DNA from: Balanoglossus misakiensis
Lineage: Eukaryota > Animalia > Hemichordata
Assembly (NCBI GenBank): GCA_040954595.2
Contig: CM082581.2
Span: forward strand, 10,725,099 to 10,789,098
DNA: 64,000 nt
Direction of reading: 5' to 3'
Below are positions 14,401 through 26,349 of the stretch, one piece after another. Made by a program: the position numbers and the translations under genes. Every line of letters begins with the position of its first letter. Position 1 is the first letter of the stretch. Below the pieces are notes generated by a model that ran no database searches, had not been told where the DNA came from, and saw nothing but the letters and a program-made list of their open reading frames with translations.

Positions 14401-17400
14401 GTGAACATCCGATGACAAGTTACCAGAAGGTATTTTAATTGGGCGGCGTATAATTCAATTGCACAACTCTTCTGGACAGAGACAAAGACATGTTGTAAAT
14501 ACAAGCGCACCGGTGAACTATTGGATCTACATGTGATTAGTCAAAAATCACCCGTGAACACAAAGAAGAATATTTATCTCTTTCATTAATCAGACAATAA
14601 AAGCTTGACAAATATCTAAAAATAAATTATGTCCACCAATATGCCAAATCTATAGTCAGTCAACTTTTATGCACGTCCGCCATATAAATAGCAATCAATA
14701 GATCAATTTCAACTGACACGCTATCATTTATACGAAGCTTTAAAGTCTCTTAACCTTACATGAATGTTTCATTGCGAATGTGTTGATTTATTATGTATGT
14801 AATTAAAACGGCTGTGACGATGCAAATTACAGAACTCATCCAATACAACGCGTTTATGTGAAGCGCCATGTTCCGTGATTTACGGCCAGTCGGGTGACGA
14901 CAAGAGATTCCTTTCGCTGTGAAACGCACCGCTTCGTGAGTTCTTGACCCGATATGACAGTCAGAAAAGTTTACCGCAAATTGTGGGATCGACGCGTTTG
15001 ATCCGACAGGCATTGTGGCCTTCAGAGTTTAATATGTTACATTGACTTCTGGCGTCTTTCCGATGACAAGGTTTTTATCAGTCTACAATTACTGGAACTC
15101 CGGCTCGCGCTTAAGTAATTGCAAAATGATTACACGGTAATGAGTTTTATGGTGCTTTTAACCATTTTGCCTCTAAAATGACCCCCGACCAAGATTGTGA
15201 TTCTTAATGAGGACAAACTGAAGCGGTTGTCACTTCGAACACATCACATGATTGTCACTTGTTACTTCGTTAAATGATGCCAACGATCCCTTGCCTGGGG
15301 GGTCTCGTCTACATCTTCTAGTGGAGGTCCCTGCCCATTATTGTCCGCCTCCGCGGTTCTTTCGCCTTTATGGAAATGTCGCTTTTAATGAAACTACACT
15401 TTGGCATTAAGATTTACAAAGACAGAGCTTTGCTTCATCCAGGTCCCTGGACGGCCGGAACATTTTTTTGTTACATCTCCATATGGCGAAATGCCTTCTT
15501 ATAATAAACAGTTCTCATTTTAGCCGAGTAATACAACACATTTCATTGAATCACGTTTCAAGTGCACAGAAAGTCAACGTTACAGTTCCGGCCCGTCATT
15601 AGTATTCTGTGGAGGAACTCGCTATACAGTCCCCGCCTAATATCATTTTATGTATTTCATAAAGCCATGTGTATCTGTATTACCCAACAAATCTAACCAT
15701 TCATTTGGTTTTTTTTTTCAAAACCATTCGTGAGGACAGGAATATTTCCTTTATTATCAGATGAGTGAGTTCCCATACGTCATACAATTTATTTGATTCG
15801 ACTTGTCACGCTAACGTGAATTACACATTGCCTTTTCATCGAAAGGGATTGTGATTAAATCTATATTCTAATTCGTACATTCATGCGCTCAGCTGGAAAT
15901 ACCGTATGGTAATCATATCCATAACATAGAGGAACACCACTGTAGGAAACAAATAACCAGAAGACACCATGAGATATATACAGTGGCAACCATGAAAGGC
16001 AGCTGGCCTTCCTTGAGTGAAACCAACGAGTGATGGCAGCCGTTTCGAAAAGAGTACGCTAGCCCTGCTCCACACGGTCGCGGCGCTCACCGCGAGCACA
16101 CATCGAGATTTGTTTCCCTAGACTTGCTGAGAGTTTGTTGACTACTAGTCAATTGTGAAGTGGCGCTGTACCCCTAAGAGCGATTCAAGCCGACGTGCTT
16201 GAGTTCCACAAATCACACGGTTGAGCGAATGAAAACAATGCAGACTAATGGTATCATGCTAACGGTTAGAGGACCGTGCATGTTGCGAACAATAGTCGCG
16301 CCAAATCTTCAGAGATAAAACTCGTGCTTGAGGATGATGTTATCAGAGATGACTCGTTCACATCACAAACATGTATCTCTTTTTTAAATACCTTATACAT
16401 GTTATATACACAACGTGAAACTTTCGACGAAACGACAATAAAAATCAGTCAGGCAGAAAACAGCCAGCTAGCCAGCCAGTCATTCATTCATTCATTCACG
16501 ATGTAAATTTTCGAGTTTGACATCAAAATCCAGGGTGAAATCTACACAAGTAGATTCTCACCCAATGCCATATCTCGTCGAGGAAGACATTTACGTCCCG
16601 CAAAGTTCCAAACGACATCTTGTTATCCGATTTCCGTTGCGTAAATCAAACAATGAATACGTTGCCGCGTGCAGCTTTAATGCAGGCAGTCAAATTACAC
16701 CTTGCAATTACATTAATGAAATTTCAGCAGGACTATTTGGAACCGGTGCCAGCAAAGCTTACTTTAACACTCCAGACATGTTCTGACGCAAATGTATAGG
16801 TTTAAGGTTTACTATCAATGGCCGTGTGAATTAATATCAACTCGTCATGTAGAAATTAATATCTGTCGTCCACAACACGCCGGATCGCTCAGCACACAGA
16901 AATGATTTTCACGATCATTACTTTCCTGATGACAAGATTGTAATGCTTGTTGGCAACTTGTATGATTTGCTTGGCTGGCTGCAAGTTTGACATTGCGGGT
17001 GGGGATGGCATTTTGGTGGAACTGAGGAAAACAGCCTCGGGCAGCGAGACGCACTGGATAATCGCAATGACATCATTCCAATTGCGGCGTGCAGAACTCA
17101 CAAGAAAAAGTGAGTGGTTCCTCCTTGGATCGGAGTAAACATACACGTCTTCGTGCGCCTAGTGGTCATTTGTATGCAAACTACACGAGGCTTTATTTTC
17201 CGACATCTGGGTTGCCATGACAATGTGGATTACTGTTATCGCATTTCCCACCCCGGATCCAAGTATAGAAGGAGAATCCCTTCCAATTCTGCACTGACAT
17301 TTTTTGGTCGAAAAAGCCAGGAAATGATGAGTTCTTCTTGAGATTTTACGGTGAGGTAGATATGGATATGATGTAATAATTACATGATTTATTTCTCGTT

Positions 17401-19435
17401 GTCTGCACTGTTCTAAGACTTGTAATTTTTACTGACTCGTTCGTTCGAAGGTGGTCGTGAAGGTGCGCTCCAGTACGTGTGAATTTCGACGAGTGGCCTG
17501 CGACATTCACTGGAAGAAAGAACCGGAGATCTCCAAGTACGCGTATTCACAAGTCCGGGGTATGCCGTGGCAAATCTCGAAAGCGTGAATACCGTTGTGC
17601 GATTTATCAAACAATAAGCAAGGATTTGCATTATCTGACGAAAATCTATTGAGTCAACGTATATGATGGAAATATATCAGTTGGGTCACAGACAATGCGT
17701 CTTGCCACGCCAAAGGCACTTGATGCATCGGCCCTCTATACACCATCCGCCCTTGAGCATTCGAGGCAGGATGCGTTATCTGAATACTATTGTGTTGCAG
17801 CTCTGCTAACCTTTGGCGCAAAGCCTTACGCGAGCCACATTCACGTAAAATCCGTTTTTTCCAATAGAAACCTTTGCGAACGAAACTATGCCATGGGCGC
17901 AGTGGGCATTTTTGAGGGTTGCGTTCGGGTCTATCTATAGCCCATACTATACATCTCAAACTTCTTTACCAATCGAGAAATGCTGGTACCATCGCGCAGT
18001 CTCATCCAAATGGCTTGTTTTAGATTACGTGTTCCCACGGACCACTTTCTCTCGGACAGAACATTTGCGGTTCCGCTGTTCCCAAATACATTTGGGAAAA
18101 GCGCGACAAGACAGTCCTCGTAATTTTAAGCACTGTTTTGTTTAAGGTGCTATTTGTTTATTTATTTAGAATTAGCTCATGTTAACACTGGTTGTTTAGG
18201 CATTACACAGCCTTTATCTTATATTTAGATAGAAAAGGTGCGCCTTTGAAACTGTATTCTCGCGTCGAGTCTTCCCATATAGGAGAGTTTCTCGAATCAG
18301 ATTTTTTAACCGCCGCCACATTGATTAGTCAATAAAAAGACTCATAAAATATAACGGTTTTTCTGGCTCGTGCATAAACCTCGGCTTATACAGTGGTACC
18401 TCTCCGGTAGGCCCATTGTTATCGATTAACTAGGTCGCCAGTTCCTTTATCGGGAAAGAACGATTCGTTCCATCATGAAGATTTGTTAGATTTCGATTCA
18501 TTAGCCGTAAAAAGGGGAGTTTGTATTTACCCACTGACTTGGCCGTTTACGTCACAAGTGTTATCTCAAACGAGAACATTATCCTATAATATACTGCAAG
18601 TCCTACATCTCGACGAGAATTTTAAAGTGGGTGTTCGGTGAATTAAGGCAGGCGTTGACCGTTACCTGGCTGCGAAGCGCAGGATTTGATGAATTATCGA
18701 ACTGCATTACCGATATTTCCGTCATGTTATGCATACATTATACCAAAGCGAGACAGTTACTTTATATTGTGTTGTCACACATATTCTGTGAGAAGTCAAC
18801 AAATTTTCAGAGACAGCACCAAAGGCACATCGCAGCATTCAGTACAAGCATGTACTTTCAATTTTACGCACTATTTTGAATGCCCGACAATTTAGTGTGT
18901 ATCAGGCACAGAACGTAAATATGGGCGTGTGATTTTACTCCAAACGAAGGAGATAGAATCGAAAATTATTGTTAATAGGATGAATTCGACATCCATGCAT
19001 AAGCTGGGAACCATGTACCAGTATATATCATGCAAGAAAGCACGCATGCATAATGAAGGTACCATCTACAAAACAATGCATATTCTATCATTTTCTTACG
19101 CAAGCCAGCTGAAACTTTGCCAGGCGCTCGTGTTGCATCAGTAAATACATGTACGTTGCGACAGAAGGTGTCATAATCACAGCTCTTCCATCAGTGTGTT
19201 GACAAGGAAGGCGGTAAGCATACCATCAAGTCTGGACAGACAACGTAACACTTGGTGCAATGTCAATGATGAATCACACGTTTGATGAGCACTATACATT
19301 AGGCCTATATTTTAAGTACGCCTTACCGTTACCTGTAGGTTCCGAACTTGCTTGCGACGATAGCCACCAGAACAGACTGAAAACCAGAAGAGTTATGGTA
19401 CAATGAGATGTCCAATTCTTTCTGATAAGCGCCAT
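5498..19435 (-). CDS. Secreted or cell-surface protein with signal peptide and fibronectin type III repeats (5' part of a large-intron gene; possibly a receptor ectodomain)
   Basis: Four exons with AG/GT boundaries and matching phases. 19435-19327: MALIRKNWTSHCTITLLVFSLFWWLSSQASSEPTGN, context gacATGG, donor G|GTAAGG. 9468-9311: DDGLSLLTPPRMLCHGSASIGLTWTAGDDVTKEASYEVLSRLKEQGDWTRRTN, donor T|GTAAGT. 6843-6720: VSETFASIKGLRIDTPYKFKVIQRVGNVSREAQSEWMRIAP, tttattttcag acceptor, CAG|GTAAGC donor. 5605-5498: ENFQGNKSPPSNITTHNVTIEGKQPPCVRVQWQPSA, cttttcag acceptor, CAG|GTAAGA donor. FN3 hallmarks W..Y.V..W..GL...T.Y.FKV, then PP.N...V.W.P. No stop codon found, so the gene probably runs off the left edge; extra exons between 9.5 and 19.3 kb cannot be excluded. 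Confidence 0.75.
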
Positions 19436-19961
19436 GTCGCATCAGCTCATGCCTATACGGTATGCCCTGGTGTAAAGGATGCGCTGTATTCCCGTTTTGG
19501 TTGGTAAACGGTGTTGGCTACCAAGAACCTGTATTGGAAAACAGAAAATAACCAGATTGTCTAAATGCGTCTTACCTTAAAGTATACACACTCAAAACAA
19601 TGTGAAGAAAAAGCAACGCATACTTTTCACTACGCAGCTACAGTCTCCATAGAAGAATAATGAAATGCTCTACTGAAGCCTAACAGAATAAACGAGAGAA
19701 TATGTGCTTTACTAACTCTGTCGCAAGGAGCCATTGTCTTGGCTTCAATAAAATGCTATCAGTGTTAAATTGTATTAGCAAGTCACTTATTAAGTTACTT
19801 AACACATACGTGATAATGAGCAGCGCACACCCGCTTGGCCTTAAAGTTGTCGGTGTCCGGACAGGAGAAAAAAAAGATCGGTCAAAAATTTACCCGCGAG
19901 AAACTCGGCGTACGTCGGTCAGCGCGCGCGCGAAGTGAAAACGGTGGCAGGAAAATCTCAC

Positions 19962-20290
19962 CAGCCTTGCTTGTGATAATTCCCTGTTTAGTATATTCCC
20001 AGCGGAAGAATTAAGTCATTATCAGTAGTTTCGCCGTCCATGATTTCCCAACAGGCAATCCTGTAGCCTTCCGAAGAAGATGGCTTTCGCGCGAGAGGAC
20101 GATATCCAACCTTCGGACGCGGGTGCACAGATGATGCCCGGGAACAACTCGGATGGCCGTCCGGCGGCTGTTGCAAGCATGTGTATTCTACCGCGCTCGG
20201 TGTACGTACGTGTACATGTATACCCATTTGCGTGTGGTTACAGAGCGAGGCGGTTCACTCCATTACTGCAGAGGGGGTGTGGCAGTCTCG
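19962..20290 (-). promoter_or_regulatory. Putative non-coding first exon / promoter of the FN3 gene
   Basis: CpG-rich segment ending in a minus-strand donor CTG|GTGAGA at 19962/19961. The first coding exon has a strong acceptor (tattttctgttttccaatacag at 19529-19550), so an upstream UTR exon is needed. The start coordinate is approximate. Confidence 0.4.
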
Positions 20291-23197
20291 CGTAGTGTGT
20301 GCGCCGAAAGGAGATAAAGCTTGCGTTTATTGTTATCGTAAAGGCCACCGTAATAAAATTCCATGTTTTACATTACTAACATTTCAACTGGTTGAAGGTA
20401 CGCTCAGCCGAAGTACACAACCGCAACCACATAGGAACACAAAATTTCATTTTATCTGAAGGTTTCTATTCACGTCATTTGTACTTTCTGGTACTCACGT
20501 AAAGATTCTGCTTTACGTTAACATAAAACAAGTGTTAATTTTTTTACAATCATTGTCGCTGCTCTTTTTACAAAATAAAGTAGTTATTTTCGGAAGTACA
20601 CCGATGAGTGTGCAAATAATATTTGCGAAATCAGTTTGTTTCTTGCAATTGTTGTCACTTGAAATACGATTACGCAAAATAGTATTACCTAGTCGTTTTT
20701 TTTATCTTTCTGCCGGAATTATTAATGTGTTCGAGGTTTCTGTATTTCTACCCGTAAATCTATGAACTGTCGGAGAAAAAAAACACCAAGGACGTTCAGT
20801 TTGAATAAATGAATAAATCAATTAATTACATAATGAAATGTTATTTAGTTCAACTTTTACAACAATTACCACACGTGTTTGCATGTTGACATTTAAATTT
20901 TTGTATTACACACTCACGTGACTCAGCCTGGGACGTGTCTATCATTTTTTGCAAGCCATGGTATTATGCAGGTGACTTATCGCCGACCATGTGAAGTGCA
21001 TGATTTGAAAGCGCATATATTTTGCATATTCATGACTTGCACGCACTGACAACAAAATTTTAGTCAAACAACAAGATTAATACCTACGGTAATTGTTTAT
21101 TTATTTATGACTTGAAATGTCGTGGTACCCGCCACTATCATTGTTGCAAGTTGTACTTTTGTGAATGCAATAAATTAGTCAAATGCAATTTCGCGACTCT
21201 TGCAACGTGGGCACTAGCACCGCGCTGTTTTACACGTGACTCTCCTGGTCGTCTGGGAGAGCTCTGAGATGTCGGCAATGGATTATAACGTTGACGAAAA
21301 CACCCATTTACAATGAACATGAATCGCCACAAAATAAAATTGCGGTGAAATCGTGACATGGTATGCGTCGTGCAAGTGACGTGGGCACTTCTACGGAACT
21401 AAACAAAGCCCTTTGTCTGTGGTCTGTGCACACAACTATTTATTGGGAAACAAAAGGTTAACTGTGAATTGCATATGCCCCTTTAAAGGCGCACCTTCTT
21501 GACCAGCTTCATCTTTAAGCAAATGCATTGACTTCATAAATATTTCAAAGGAAAAAAGAAGGCTTTGCACCAAATTAACACTCAATGTCAACAAGCCCTA
21601 ATGCCACCGGTTATAGAACTGCACCATCTGACTTAAACTCAGCACTACTGCATTTTATCAATTGAATCTTGTGAGTTCGAATATTTTTCTTTCATTTCAA
21701 TTCTATAAGAGGCCTGCGCTTTAAGGTTCTTTTTTCTTGTTTGCTCTATCGATTGAGCTGTTTGGAGGACTGCTAATAATGATGCTGCTGATGCTGCTGA
21801 TGTCACTTCAAGGGAGAGCTACTGTAATTTTCGTAAATCGATGTAATTTGTTTTAATAACGAGGAATAACTGGCCAATTTACCACTGTAAATTATAGCAT
21901 TATATTCAACGAATTTGTCGTTTTCGTTTCACCTAATGAAAAAAAGGTATCACAATGAACACAAAATGGTGCAGTTGATAGATTTACTATGATGCGTTAT
22001 CCGAGTCCAATATCGGGTGCGCGAACGGTTTACGATGGACGGGAGGCGCAGTGGTTTGTCAACAACGATGGCTAAATGACATCCCTGTTGTTGAGACGAG
22101 GCTTGTGCATGAAGAACTTCGTAAATTATGGGGAAACGGCTAATCGGCGTGCCGTGGGAGCTGTAGTAATGGCTCATATAATTGGCTACAAGACGTTAGG
22201 CCTTATACTGGGTCTCAACTGCTGGATCCTCCCGGTGGGCACAATGATGATATCCTCAAAGAACGTCTCAGGTGGCACGAGTCTCCGCTTTCAGAAACAG
22301 AGCAGCAAATCCACCGCCGTGATCTTGGCTTAGCGTTGGGTCCCGCCTGGTGCCAGCTTCGGATGAACGTGTCGGCGGAGGCGCGCTTTCGCTGAGAAGC
22401 CCCGTCAAGAATAAAAATTACCCGCGGCGCGACAAGAATTCTCACTGTGCGGTTTCTGTGCGAGTGTGCTGCGCCGTGTGTGCGAACTCTTGATCGCTGC
22501 TGGAAATTACTTCCAACGTTGTCCGCGCGAGACCTGTAAGTAATTAATCTGATAGATACTACATCTGCTCCACGTTCATACCACTGACATCTAATTCAGA
22601 CGACGACGACGACGACGAAAGCTAAATGTACAAATCCCCCGGCCCACATCTCCAGTGTTACGCAGAGTGAATGACTAGAGTACTAGTGCAGAGTGACTTT
22701 ACAAAACTCATCAAAAACATTTGCAATTTATTTTACCGGGCAAGGTCTTTCCTTCACTTTACAACATTTGCAGATATAGTGTAAGAATCCGCCTGTCTCA
22801 CGTTTAGATCTCAAAAATACAGTACTTTTAGCGAGTCTCCTTCTAAACTGCAAACGTGTAGGGAATAATTGAACGTTGGTGCGATTTGATTTTTAAGTCG
22901 TAAGCTTATTACTTTACAGGCAGCTTAAAGTGAAATAGCCGGCAGGAGGTGTATTATAACATCAAATTTGCTGGTTTCATTTTATGTCAGTGTCACTGAG
23001 AGTCATAGGTTTCATGGGTCCGGCTTCGCGTTGACGGCGGAGAAATGTCGACGACTCCAAGAAGTGTTTCTATTATTTTCTTCATGTGAGGCAAGTGTCA
23101 GCTTCTCAAACTGGGAAGCGCTGATACAAGTAACACACATCAAACCCATCGAACAAAACATGTACATTGTTATGACAAATGCGCTCTAACCGACTTA

Positions 23198-23527
23198 ACT
23201 CGGGGGTTACAAAAAGGTTTTGGGGAGAGAGAGAAAAACAACTCGAGGAAAACAAGAGAGAGGCTGATAATGGAGAGAAGATTGGAGAGCGCGGAGGGGG
23301 GGGGGGGAAGAAGGCACACTTCAAGAAGTGATTATGTGTAGCTGGGAAGCATGCACATCCTGTCCGCCGGTCGACAACCTGCTCCTTTTGTCTCTGAGGC
23401 GCTGCGAAATGACGGTTATAGCGAGGGGATGGGCCTGGGGGTCGGGGAGGGGATGTACATGACTTTGTCGGGAGAGATAGTTGAAAAGGGAGGGTCTTAT
23501 CCAAGTTATGTGGATTGGTGAAGTTTG
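23198..23527. repeat. ~330-bp dispersed direct repeat, copy 1
   Basis: Runs actcgggggttaca...aaaaacaactcgaggaaaacaagagagagg...aagaaggcacacttcaagaagtgattatgtgtagctg...gtggattggtgaagtttg, and is closely similar to 26017-26349. Confidence 0.9.
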
Positions 23528-23863
23528 AGTCCCATTATCCATCGAGTAACCGTAGGTATTAGCATATCAAAGCTTTGGATATGTGACATCAATCAGTGGG
23601 CGGAGCTCAAATGCAAATACAGCGTACCATCTATAGTAGACTGAGTCCCATTACTATTTCCATCGAGTAACCGTAGGTATTAGCATATCGAAGCTTTGCA
23701 TATGTGACGTCATAGTAGACTGAGTCCCATTACTATTTCCATCGAGTAACCGTAGGTATTAGCATATCGAAGCTTTGCATATGTGACGTTTATCAGTGGG
23801 CGGAGCTCAAATGCAAATACAGCGTACCATTTATAGTAGACTGAGTCCCATTACAATTTCCAT
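23526..23863. repeat. Modular tandem repeat (79-bp A unit with or without a ~42-bp B unit)
   Basis: tgagtcccatta recurs at 23526, 23642, 23721 and 23842 (periods 116, 79, 121). The B unit atcagtgggcggagctcaaatgcaaatacagcgtacc occurs twice. Confidence 0.9.
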
Positions 23864-26016
23864 CTCTGACTGCCTACTAGTTTTCCATTAATACGTTCGT
23901 CATAATTCCCCTCTAGAACGTTTGTCAGTCGTGGCTCAGATTACTAATCACTCTACTGTAAATTAGCCTGTTGAAATGATACCGGTATGAGTTACGAAGG
24001 GGTTTCTCTTAATAAGAATATAGCAAACGTAACTTGGCGGAAACTATCAAATTGCCGGTTAATGGCCACTTGTCGTCCATTTCTGTCTCGGTGAGCGAAA
24101 ATAAGGTTGAACAAACAGCAGGTGAAGGAACCTGGCAGAGGAAATCGTGCATGTAGGGAGGGAGGGAGTAAGGGAGAGGTGATATCCCGCCAAAACCTCT
24201 CACCAGAACGAACAGTAACTGTAGCAGAGTGGTGCGCATGCGGAGTTGACAGCTGCCTTAAGAACGTTACCTCACAGCCCTGCACCATTCGTTGCTGGTT
24301 GGGGGAGGGGAAGGGGGGGGGGCTGTGTAGGATCATTCATGCATATATTTTCACAATTCAAAAATCTCAGGTTCCCATTTAGGCAAGTAAAACACTCTCA
24401 ATCCTGCACGAGTCCTTCAGCGACGGTGCTTGGATCATAAAAACTACAGGTTCAAGAGCCGACGGACACACACAAAATTAATTTCCAACGATAAATCAAG
24501 TTTCTCGATTCAGCGCGTCGACAAGGCCAAACGATTCAACCGTATTTTGTTGAACGCACGCTGTCCAATTCCGAAACCGGAAACGATTTCTAAGACACGA
24601 CTGGTGATCAATTAATTACAACTGGATTCGAGACGATTTTCGTCGATACCGACATTTGATTTTGTCGTACTGACTGACACAAGCGTTCCTTCATCCATGT
24701 TTTAAAATAACAGAGTCTAAAAAAACTCATGGTAAAAGTAATAGGACACGCTTACAAAAACGTGAATGTTGCTGCACATTTTCTATTTTAACAATCAACC
24801 AAGTTTGGTATGTACGTGGTTTGATGACGTGATTACAGAAGTCGTGCGACATTTACATCAGCGAATCAGACAATCTCCTGCGACACAATTTGGTGAATAG
24901 AAAGAAGTACATATAGCCACAGTCCCTCCACTGTGGATGGACTGTGATATATCACGATTACGACATCATGACATTCTAAACGAAGAAGAAGAAATAGGCA
25001 ATGAAAGTTCGTGAGAAGAGTACCTGTCCACCCATACAACCGCCTTCCCTATTATGTCTCTGTTACAAACAAGTCGTAAAAGCTATAGTCGTAAAGCGTG
25101 TCTTTGCCCACAGCGATGACTGCATACAGATAATGATTTTTTTCATGGTAATATGGCAGGGCGTATGTTAAAGACCAAGGTAAGCGGCCGGTGTGGCGTC
25201 AACGAGGAAGGGAGGACGTTTGTATAGTCTGGATATGTTGATGTCGTCATGTTGTTTCTTATGCAGATTCAATCCAATTCGAAGATTATCTTAGAGATGT
25301 TAGATATGAGTATCTTTTTCTACAACGATCTCTGTCCGCACGATCTTCACAAACATCCAGAGAATAGAATACGGACCCAGTACATCAAACTACTTCTTGT
25401 CTTACAAGGACTACATACAATTATACACAGCCCAAATGGGCATGATTGATAATGATGTTATTAGCCTAAATATTGAAAACAATATCACTCAGAAAAATAG
25501 CAGTAAAATATAATATGAAATACTGTAATATGTGCAATGATTACGCAATGGCAATTAATGTTAGATGTGCTCGATGAACATGCCATGGGCGCCGCATGTT
25601 ATACCCATGCATTATGTTACCACTCATCCGTATCGTTTACTGTGTCTAAAGTTCATCCTATGCCTGCAACGTTCAGCCTTCGGTACCAATGAGGTAGTAA
25701 CTAAACTACCGGCGAGGAATCATGGCTTCGTCTTCAATTTCTACTTGAAGCAAACACCCGTCGATTGCACTAAATGTCCAATCATAAACATCAGTTTCAT
25801 CTGATCTGAGTAAAGTGCAAGAAGCCTCAAAGACGAGAAGGTACAACATATGTCGTTTTACTAGCACTCGCAACATTTGCGATGGGTAAGGTCAGTGACT
25901 TCATTTGCAGAATACGATCGACGGGTCGTGATGCTGGCGTCGCATCTCTACAAAGCCTGTTATCGTTTCTATTACGCCAATATCATGCGCTCGTCCTTCA
26001 GTGTAATGAAAGTTTC

Positions 26017-26349
26017 ACTCGGGGGTTACATAAGGGTCTTGGGGAAAGAGAGAAAAACAACTCGAGGAAAACAAGAGAGAGGATGGTAGTTGAGAGAAGA
26101 TTGGAGAGCGCGGAAAGGGGGGGGGGGGGGAAGAAGGCACACTTCAAGAAGTGATTATGTGTAGCTGAGAAGCATGCACATCCTGTCCCCCGGTCGACGA
26201 CCTACTCCCTTTGTCTCTGAGGCGCTACGAAGTGACGGCTATAGCGAGGGGATGGGCCTGGGGGTCGGGGAGGGGGTGTACATGACTTTGTCGGGAGAGA
26301 TAGTTGAAAAAGGGAGGGTTATTCATTTTATGTGGATTGGGGAAGTTTG
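26017..26349. repeat. ~330-bp dispersed direct repeat, copy 2
   Basis: Same orientation as 23198-23527 and about 2.8 kb downstream, with scattered substitutions. Confidence 0.9.

Noticed and set aside
14760-14869. Hydrophobic ATG-initiated segment with a GTAAGG donor (MALHINALYWMSSVICIVTAVLITYII...) as an alternative first exon
   Set aside because: It ends in phase 2, incompatible with the phase-1 acceptor at 9468, and no partner exon was found.
16918-17076. Cys-spaced peptide ASRCPRL...KCHPHPQCQTCSQP, reminiscent of an anosmin Cys box
   Set aside because: Expected cysteines are missing, the frame closes quickly, and no phase-compatible donor exists.
23526-23863. CRISPR-like repeat/spacer appearance
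   Set aside because: The intervening segments are themselves repeated, there are no cas genes, and the context is eukaryotic.
24910-24952. Small palindrome cacagtcc-c-tccac-t-gtgga-t-ggactgtg
   Set aside because: Too short to assign; probably a MITE remnant, and terminator logic does not apply in a eukaryote.
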